Below the pieces are notes generated by a model. That model worked only from the letters and a program-made list of their open reading frames with translations. It did not search any database and was not told the origin of the DNA. 64,000 nucleotides of DNA, taken from positions 19,421 through 83,420 of the forward strand of contig VGTH01000022.1 in the NCBI GenBank assembly GCA_016874755.1. Direction: 5' to 3'. The position numbers were made by a program, and so were the translations under genes. Positions 58,766 to 64,000 of this stretch are shown one piece after another. Source of the stretch: Deltaproteobacteria bacterium (GTDB lineage: Bacteria; Desulfobacterota; Binatia; UBA9968). Numbering within the stretch: position 1 is the stretch's first letter; each line of letters begins with the position of its first letter.

Positions 58766-59968
58766 ATGGCGAGCGACATCAAGACCCCACTCGAAGAAGG
58801 CTGGATCATCGAGCGCGAGAAGGCGCTCGCGTGGCTGCGGCTGGCCTTTGCCATACTGGCGGTGATTGTCATCCAACTCAATCCATCGCGGGTCGCGCGC
58901 TTCCCGGCGCTGTCAACTTTTTCTCTGGCAACGTTTCTGCTCTACAGCACCTCGATATTGTACCTCCTCCGCAAAAACCGGGTGAGATCGACTCGCCTCA
59001 TCCTCGTGACCACGCCCCTCGATGTGCTTTGGATCGCGCTGATCGTGCTCTCCACCGGCGGCTCACGCACGCCGTTTTTCACGTATTATTCTTTCCCGGT
59101 CATCAGCGCGAGCCTGCGCTGGGGCATCAAGGGAAGTCTGCCGGTGGCATTCACCGGCGTCGCCATCTATTTCACCATTCGTTTAACTTTGCGGGCAGAG
59201 TCGGGCGGCGAGCCGATCGGCATCGACACCGTTGTCGTGCGTTGCTTCTATTTAATCGCTCTAGCTTGCATCTTCGGCTACATCAGCGAATTCGAAAAGC
59301 GCCAGAATCAAAAACTCCTGGCGCTGTCGCGCACAGCGGGCCAAATCTCCGCGCTCCAAGAGCGGCGCCGGATCATGTTCGACCTGCACGACGGCATTCT
59401 ACAGTCGCTGGCAACCCTCATTCTGCGCTTGGAGAGTTGCCGAGGAAAGTTGGCAGACAGACCCAAAGACTCGGAAATCGAAAGCGATCTGCGCTCAATG
59501 GAAGAGCTGACCCGCGACTCCATGAACGAGATTCGCCAGTTCCTCTCCGGCAAGGAAACCAAGCCACTGGTGCATGGGACACTGTTGAAGCGGTTGCGCG
59601 AAGAGCTGCGCTTCCTGCAGCAAGGCTTGAATATGGAAGTTATTTTGGGAACCGACCCCGAAGATGTGGACCTGCCCGAGACGGTGGAGACCGAAATCTA
59701 CTACGTTTTGCGCGAAGGTTTGGCCAACGTCACGCGCCATTCGCACGCGTCACGCATCGATCTGCAACTGATTCAAAAGATCATCTCTTTGGAAGGAAAT
59801 ATCGAGGACAACGGCGCCGGCATGAACCTAGCCAGCATGCAAAACGGACAGGGCTTGGGGCTGCAAAGCATGCGCGAACGCATAAAGAAAATCGGGGGAG
59901 AACTCCTGGTTAAGTCCTCCCCCGGTGGTGGCACAAAAATTTCGTTTACGGTGCCACTAACGAACTAA
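58766..59968 (+). CDS. HisKA_3 sensor kinase with multi-TM input domain
   Basis: Several N-terminal TM helices, ERRRIMFDLHD, EGLANVTRHS, DNGAG, GLGL-x-SMRER. Confidence 0.9.
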   Translation: MASDIKTPLEEGWIIEREKALAWLRLAFAILAVIVIQLNPSRVARFPALSTFSLATFLLYSTSILYLLRKNRVRSTRLILVTTPLDVLWIALIVLSTGGSRTPFFTYYSFPVISASLRWGIKGSLPVAFTGVAIYFTIRLTLRAESGGEPIGIDTVVVRCFYLIALACIFGYISEFEKRQNQKLLALSRTAGQISALQERRRIMFDLHDGILQSLATLILRLESCRGKLADRPKDSEIESDLRSMEELTRDSMNEIRQFLSGKETKPLVHGTLLKRLREELRFLQQGLNMEVILGTDPEDVDLPETVETEIYYVLREGLANVTRHSHASRIDLQLIQKIISLEGNIEDNGAGMNLASMQNGQGLGLQSMRERIKKIGGELLVKSSPGGGTKISFTVPLTN

Positions 59969-59993
59969 AGTGGGCACCCGCCAACGCTCAGCC

Positions 59994-60362
59994 TTACTCA
60001 CCTTTCGCAGGAACGAATGTCATTTTTGTCAGGAAATTCTTTTCGCCCTTGGTCACGTATTCGACCGTCGCTGAAGAGCCCAATCCCACGTTGGCCATTT
60101 TCACTTTGGTCTCTCCGATTCCCACGACCTTCGTCTTGGCGTTGAAATCCAGCGTCACCAGCTTGCCATCCTTCGTCACGACGATCATATAGTTTTTCTC
60201 GGTGTCGAGTAAACCGATATCACCGCCAACTTTCTCTGCTTTGGCTTTCGCGGGCTCCGCTTTTTTCGCCTCGGCCTTTTTCTCCTGCGCGATGACCGGC
60301 ATGCTCAAACTCGCTGCAAGTACAATCGCCAGACCGCCCCCTAAATTCAGTTTCTTTGTCAT
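59994..60362 (-). CDS. Small exported beta-rich protein, paralog A
   Basis: Signal peptide; GDIGLLDTEKNYMI...GLGSSATV...PAKGE shared with its neighbour. Confidence 0.75.
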   Translation of the reverse strand: MTKKLNLGGGLAIVLAASLSMPVIAQEKKAEAKKAEPAKAKAEKVGGDIGLLDTEKNYMIVVTKDGKLVTLDFNAKTKVVGIGETKVKMANVGLGSSATVEYVTKGEKNFLTKMTFVPAKGE

Positions 60363-60416
60363 TTCCCGTTCTCCTTGCTCGTTCGCTCTCGATTCTCTCT
60401 AACCGCCGCCTAAGGT

Positions 60417-60830
60417 TTACTCACCCTTTGCCGGTAGGTACTCAATGTTGGATGCAATATTCTTGTCACCGTCCTTGGTGTAGGTGACGGTCGCCGACGA
60501 TCCCAAACCGATGTTACCCATCTTGCTGGCCTGCAAAATGCGCTGCGTCGGCTGAAACTTTGCGTCATAATCGATGGTCACCAGCTTGCCTTCTTTGGTA
60601 ACGATGATCATGTAGTTCTTTTCCGTGTCCAATAAACCGACGTCGCCAGCTACCTTGGTTGCCTTGGCCGGCTCTGCTTTTGTTTCGGCTTTGGCCGGCG
60701 CAGGCGCAGGCGCCGGTGCCGGTGCCGGCGCGGGCTTTTCATCCTGCGTTGAACAAGCTGCCAGCGCAAACAACCCGGATGCTACGATAATATTCGTAAT
60801 CAGAGAACCCTTTTGCATTGAGACCTCCAC
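60417..60830 (-). CDS. Small beta-rich lipoprotein, paralog B (start may be 60818)
   Basis: Lipobox LAAC, PA-repeat linker, same domain as paralog A. Confidence 0.75.
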   Translation of the reverse strand: MEVSMQKGSLITNIIVASGLFALAACSTQDEKPAPAPAPAPAPAPAKAETKAEPAKATKVAGDVGLLDTEKNYMIIVTKEGKLVTIDYDAKFQPTQRILQASKMGNIGLGSSATVTYTKDGDKNIASNIEYLPAKGE

Positions 60831-60941
60831 GGTATATTTAGGACTTTGGTGATAATTAGAAGTCTAAAGTCCTATACTTTAGCCGCGCGTTAATTGTCAA
60901 GCAGAAAATCCTCGCGCGTAAATATTTTTGTTTGAAGAGAC

Positions 60942-60973
60942 AAAAAAAGGGGAGCCGGCTGGCTCCCCTTTTT
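60942..60973 (-). terminator. Intrinsic terminator after the porin gene
   Basis: AAAAAAAGGGGAGCC-GGCT-GGCTCCCCTTTTT. Confidence 0.8.
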
Positions 60974-60993
60974 CCATGTCGGTGGTCGCCCGT

Positions 60994-62448
60994 TTAGAAC
61001 GAGGCCCGGAAGTTCAGTTGCACGTTGGTCCAATCGCAGCTCTTGCCCCGCGTCGAACGGCCAGCGCTGCTGCAACCCAGGTTCTCTTGCGCTTCGGTTC
61101 TGCCGCTGCGCAGGTTCGACGCGTCATACCACTGCACCGTACCGCCCACGCTGATCCGGTTCGGCAGGAAGTAAAACAAGTCCCACTCACGAATCAGAAC
61201 ACGGTTGCGCGAGAATTCACTGCCCGTCGCACAGTTCGACCGGCCGCAGCTGACATCGTTGCGCTCGAAGTGCGTGCCGAACAGGATCGACCCCGGCGTC
61301 CCGGTGTCTCCCGTAAACCAGCCCTTCGGGCTCCACAGAAACAGGTCATGGCCGATCAGGAAGTTGCGTCCTTTGGCACCAGATCCCTGGCTGTTGCGGC
61401 CAGCATCAAGATCCCAGGCGCCGCGGATGGCACGCAGCCAGTACGGCCCCACTTTCCAACCTATACCCGTTAAGTTGTAGTCAGTCGTCCCTCGGCCGCC
61501 ACTACTCGACGGCGAGAATATAAACAGCGTCTGCCGCCCACCGCTGCCATGATCCCGAAGCCGTAGCCGGCTGCAAGCACTAAAGACCCCGGAGCCATTA
61601 GAGCTGGTGGAGTTCGTATTGCGCGGATCGTTGTTACACCAGTAGTGCATGTTCTCAAGACCAAAACCCTGGATCCATTTGTTTTTGGTCTTCGAAAACG
61701 GTTCGATCCGGGCGTAGAGCACGAAGTCCTTGCGGTCCGTGTTATTGCTATATCCGTCGCCCGCTTCGCCAAAACTCGCCATGCCGAAGTTCACTTGAAT
61801 GCGTCCCGTCGGAATATTGATGTTATCCCAGTTGAGCGTGAAGCCGTTGCCGTAGCTGCCCGTGTTCAAGCCGTTCTCGCGCGACATGATGTCGTATTCG
61901 GCCTGTGAGCCGGTGGTGCCGGAGCCTTGCCGGTAGGCGCTGACAGGCATTTCGCCGTCCATGCCAAACGCCACGCGAGGCAGCCAAGGATTGATCTTCT
62001 CAAAATGCACTTGCATCTGGCCACGCTGCAAGTCGGTTTGCCCACCGAAACCGTCGTTGTCGTAGTGCAGGTTGAATTCATAGAAGCAGTTGTTGATGCA
62101 GTAATTAAATCGCGAACGGAAGCGCCGCCCTTCGACCTCGCCGTTGGTCCGCCCAGCGTGGTCGCGGCCAGCTTGGAAGTTCATCCTCATGTGGCCTTCA
62201 AGGCTAAAGTTAATGCTCCAGCCTTTGTCCGCGGCTTCGATTGTCAAACCGGCGCCCGGACGATAACTAAAATTCGGCAGCACCACAGCGGCCGCCGTCG
62301 CTTCTTTCTTGAGCTCGATCTGCTGCTCTTTGAGCTGAGTCAGCTCCTGCTCCATCGCCTTGATCTTTTCATCAACGCTCTGGGCGGATGCTGGTGCGCC
62401 AGCAAAAAGCGCTGCCGAGAGCAGTGCCAATCCGATCCCTTTCTTCAT
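60994..62448 (-). CDS. Outer membrane beta-barrel/porin with N-terminal coiled coil (OprO/P-like architecture)
   Basis: Signal peptide, coiled coil, amphipathic strands, RRFRSR, C-terminal NFRASF. Confidence 0.65.
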   Translation of the reverse strand: MKKGIGLALLSAALFAGAPASAQSVDEKIKAMEQELTQLKEQQIELKKEATAAAVVLPNFSYRPGAGLTIEAADKGWSINFSLEGHMRMNFQAGRDHAGRTNGEVEGRRFRSRFNYCINNCFYEFNLHYDNDGFGGQTDLQRGQMQVHFEKINPWLPRVAFGMDGEMPVSAYRQGSGTTGSQAEYDIMSRENGLNTGSYGNGFTLNWDNINIPTGRIQVNFGMASFGEAGDGYSNNTDRKDFVLYARIEPFSKTKNKWIQGFGLENMHYWCNNDPRNTNSTSSNGSGVFSACSRLRLRDHGSGGRQTLFIFSPSSSGGRGTTDYNLTGIGWKVGPYWLRAIRGAWDLDAGRNSQGSGAKGRNFLIGHDLFLWSPKGWFTGDTGTPGSILFGTHFERNDVSCGRSNCATGSEFSRNRVLIREWDLFYFLPNRISVGGTVQWYDASNLRSGRTEAQENLGCSSAGRSTRGKSCDWTNVQLNFRASF

Positions 62449-62707
62449 CTTTTCTGCCTCCTTTTTTCCTTCTGAAATTTTTTACTAAATATGGACCAAT
62501 TCTCACTACTTTCGGCGTGTTTTAGACCACAATACCCATATTGTCAAGTCTAAAGTTAGATCTTTTATCTGAATGTCCACGACAAATCGCGAAAAACTAA
62601 GACTTTATGGGAATAGTGGCCCATTTTCGCAACTTGAAGGGGCACCAAAGGCCGTAGGCGGAGTCGTAGCAGCGGGACTACCCGCCGAAACGGGATTGTG
62701 TCGCAAT

Positions 62708-62786
62708 TGTCATTTTGCGGCAAAGCCGAAGAATCTGCTTCATGCAATTGCGCGAAAAAGCAGATCCCTCGCTTGCGCTCAGGATG
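62708..62786. repeat. GTCATCCTGAGC-type palindromic repeat pair
   Basis: TGTCATTTTGCGGCAAAGCCGAAGAATCT ... AGATCCCTCGCTTGCGCTCAGGATG. Confidence 0.55.
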
Positions 62787-62789
62787 CCT

Positions 62790-62863
62790 TCGCTCCTCCA
62801 GAGTTCCACTTCGATCGACGCAGTGTCATGGGTTTTCCCGGTCGCATGAATAATTCGGGCTAG
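62790..62863 (-). repeat. 74-bp MITE-like end, copy 3 (inverted)
   Basis: Reverse complement of 57897-57970 with one mismatch. Confidence 0.9.
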
Positions 62864-62879
62864 AGACGAAGCCGTGCGG

Positions 62880-63734
62880 CTAACTTGATGTGGTGGGCTC
62901 AGCGTCGCCGATGACAGAGCACACCGGCATGTGCGTCGTGTTGCGGTCAAAGCCGATGTTGCCGTTGCGGTCGATCAGAATGATGCCACCGCTAGCACTT
63001 AGTTTGGCGCCGAGCAAGGCGATCACCTTTTGCGCGGCTGTGGGCGCGTCGAGCCCATCTTCGAGATGGCCAACTGCGCGCTTGGCGAGCAGCAAACGGA
63101 TAAACGCCTCGCCGTGCCCCGTCCCGGAGGCGGCGCCGAACTCGTCGGCGTAGGTGCCGCAGCCGATCAGCGGCGAATCGCCGACACGGCCCGGAAGTTT
63201 TTTGAAAACACCACCGGTGGAGGTTGCGGCAGCGAGTTTGCCGCCACGGTCGCACGCCACACAGCCGACGGTGCCATGTTTGCTCTCCCAATGGCGCTTT
63301 TCACTCTCAACGATCAGCGCGTCGGGCGAACATTCGGCGAACCCGATTGAGCGAGCAAACAGGTTCGCGCCGTCGCCCGCAAGCAGCACGTGCCGGCCGT
63401 CTTCCATCACCCGCCGCGCCAGACGAACCGGATTTTTGATGCCGCAGACCGCCGCCACCGCGCCGACGCGCAGCGTATCGCCTTCCATCAGCGCGGCGTC
63501 GCATTCGACACAACCGAGACTGTTGAGGGTGGAGCCGGTGCCGGCGTTGAACAACGGATTGTCTTCGAGGATAACCACGGCCGCTTCCACGGCGTCGAGC
63601 GCCGAGCCGCCGGCGTTGAGAATTTTCTGCCCAGCCAACACGGCTTCCCTGCAGCCGGCGAGCCGCGCCGGCAGACTATCGTCCTTGATTGGACCGGCGC
63701 CGCCGTGAACGATGATCGAGGGTAGGTGTTTCAT
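62880..63734 (-). CDS. iaaA: Isoaspartyl peptidase/L-asparaginase (Ntn hydrolase)
   Basis: IIVHGGAG, LEDNPLFNAG, GTVG, AATSTGG, GRVGDSP, TGHGE. Confidence 0.92.
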   Translation of the reverse strand: MKHLPSIIVHGGAGPIKDDSLPARLAGCREAVLAGQKILNAGGSALDAVEAAVVILEDNPLFNAGTGSTLNSLGCVECDAALMEGDTLRVGAVAAVCGIKNPVRLARRVMEDGRHVLLAGDGANLFARSIGFAECSPDALIVESEKRHWESKHGTVGCVACDRGGKLAAATSTGGVFKKLPGRVGDSPLIGCGTYADEFGAASGTGHGEAFIRLLLAKRAVGHLEDGLDAPTAAQKVIALLGAKLSASGGIILIDRNGNIGFDRNTTHMPVCSVIGDAEPTTSS

Positions 63735-63794
63735 TGGCCGATCCTTTGGAAACTTTCGCATGCCAGGGCGCGATGAATCGCGTCCTATGAGGTT

Positions 63795-63831
63795 TTCGAA
63801 CTTTGCGAACTTTGCGTCTGGGCGCGAGACA
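63795..63831. repeat. Right arm of the CTTTGCG...GCGCGAGA repeat family
   Basis: CTTTGCGAACTTTGCGTCTGGGCGCGAGAC. Confidence 0.5.
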
Positions 63832-63843
63832 ATCCGAACATTC

Positions 63844-64000
63844 TCACGCCAGCTCGCGCAGCACCGCCCGGCACGGCGAGCCGTCAGAACCCGCAAGTTT
63901 CACCGGCGGACAGAAAAGCTCGTATCGTCCCGGCGGCACTTCGGACAAATCCACGCCTTCGAGCAAGATCACACCGTGGTCGAGAAACGCCCGGTGCACC
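63844..64000 (-). CDS. Cyclase/kynurenine formamidase family protein, 3' end only
   Basis: Manual translation VHRAFLDHGVILLEGVDLSEVPPGRYELFCPPVKLAGSDGSPCRAVLRELA*. Confidence 0.8.
   Translation of the reverse strand, partial: VHRAFLDHGVILLEGVDLSEVPPGRYELFCPPVKLAGSDGSPCRAVLRELA

Overview
GC-rich bacterial chromosome segment. Gene content (amidohydrolases, bicupin, rnj-ftsK-lolA-rimO-dksA) suggests a deltaproteobacterium-like lineage such as Binatota; that assignment is inference only. It mixes housekeeping genes (mrp/sufT, plsY, plsC, ssb, argS, mazG, rnj, ftsK, lolA, rimO, dksA) with a four-gene Na+-translocating acyl-CoA decarboxylase operon and a polyphosphate/Pho cluster (ppk1-ppx-sixA-CHAD-pstS) that ends in a deleted phoU/phoB chimera. 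There are also several sensor kinases, two tandem KUP/KimA-like transporters and many palindromic repeats. The most striking element is a four-gene minus-strand operon at 36733-42247: an MBOAT-SGNH fusion, a carrier protein, a stand-alone adenylation enzyme with a proline-type code, and a prolyl-carrier-type acyl-CoA dehydrogenase. It looks like a Dlt/Alg-style trans-membrane acylation machine fed by a pyrrole-2-carbonyl (or dehydroprolyl) biosynthetic triad. A 74-bp MITE-like end occurs three times, and two inverted copies bracket a two-component system, two secreted paralogs and a porin. Four gene remnants point to repeated deletions. No rRNA, tRNA, CRISPR array or transposase was recognised. 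All calls are by eye; no searches were run.
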